A stretch of DNA of 64,000 nucleotides from Gammaproteobacteria bacterium (GTDB lineage Bacteria; Pseudomonadota; Gammaproteobacteria; Burkholderiales; Burkholderiaceae_B): positions 11,539-75,538 of the forward strand of contig JAHJCM010000007.1 of assembly GCA_018812945.1 (NCBI GenBank), in the 5' to 3' direction. Below the pieces are notes generated by a model that saw only the letters and a program-made list of their open reading frames with translations, did not search any database and was not told the DNA's origin. Position numbers and translations under genes: made by a program. Shown here in pieces: positions 63,611 to 64,000 of this stretch. Position 1 is the stretch's first letter; each line of letters opens with the position of its first letter.

Positions 63611-64000
63611 TCGATTCCTTCTGTATCCAGTTGTTCAAGAAGAGGTAACAAGGCTGCAGCGGCAACGCGAATTCTGCGCTCATCTTGAGAGTCCAGTGCA
63701 TACTCATACTGACGTATCAAATATTCCAAATGCTCTCGCAGTTGACCCAGGGTCATTTGATAAACGCGCTCCGCGCGCATCAGTAAAATCTGATTGGCCA
63801 GTTTTTCACGAGGATGAGTTTTGAGTGCTTCTAAACGCTGGCGCGATTCGACGACTTCTTCCTCTGTCAACACACCCTGCTGAAGCAGAATTAACTTGGA
63901 CTGGGTCAATCCAGTGCTTGAAACTTTTGCTACCACCTCTAACAGGCCATTGATGTCATAAGAAAACCGAACATCAACTGCTTGCTCTCCAGCAGGTTGC
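63607..64000 (-). CDS. hscC: 3' end of HscC-type Hsp70 chaperone (partial; runs off the window)
   Basis: Manual translation gives QPAGEQAVDVRFSYDINGLLEV...LEALKTHPRE...RAERVY, an HscC C-terminal pattern. ATGA overlap with the J-protein. Confidence 0.8.
   Translation of the reverse strand, partial: QPAGEQAVDVRFSYDINGLLEVVAKVSSTGLTQSKLILLQQGVLTEEEVVESRQRLEALKTHPREKLANQILLMRAERVYQMTLGQLREHLEYLIRQYEYALDSQDERRIRVAAAALLPLLEQLDTEGIE

Noticed and set aside
1-64000. CRISPR array, tRNA or rRNA genes
   Set aside because: No regularly spaced repeats or recognisable structural RNA motifs in any intergenic gap. Reading was by eye only.

Overview
This 64-kb window is a surface-glycan hotspot of a Gram-negative bacterium. 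A Betaproteobacterium (Burkholderiales-like) origin is inferred from protein style only. From left to right: (1) 1-13.8 kb, the end of Wzx/Wzy polysaccharide cluster A (+ strand): hisH-like tail, wzx, acetyl- and methyltransferases, an epimerase, glycosyltransferases, wzy and rmlBDAC. (2) 13.8-22.6 kb, a convergent group-4-capsule-like export module: gfcA, gfcB, a fused gfcC-gfcD, wzz, a large SLBB exporter and wecA. (3) 22.9-33.8 kb, an accessory island with a surface lipoprotein, a second wecA, five intact toxin-antitoxin pairs (two HipBA-type, CcdAB, Phd-VapC, VapBC) with visible operator repeats, a lipase plus signal-peptide partner pair, and an IS3 fragment. (4) 33.8-53.3 kb, glycan cluster B. 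Its main 13.4-kb operon starts with an 803-aa lipoprotein, then an outer-membrane barrel and an O-antigen-ligase-family gene, followed by L-QuiNAc/L-FucNAc-type and D-QuiNAc/D-FucNAc-type sugar pathways. (5) 53.4-64 kb: an AI-2E transporter, a GlyGly-CTERM subtilase, PhoX with a Pho-box-like site, a DUF4864-like gene plus an IscA/ErpA gene, a VapB with a decayed VapC, and an hscC / J-domain-TPR / DUF1266-like operon cut by the window edge. No rRNA, tRNA, CRISPR array or integrase was seen. All family assignments come from motif recognition by eye, not database searches. The best candidate for an undescribed system is the lipoprotein-barrel-ligase-glycan operon, which may be a dedicated surface-protein glycosylation and display system.
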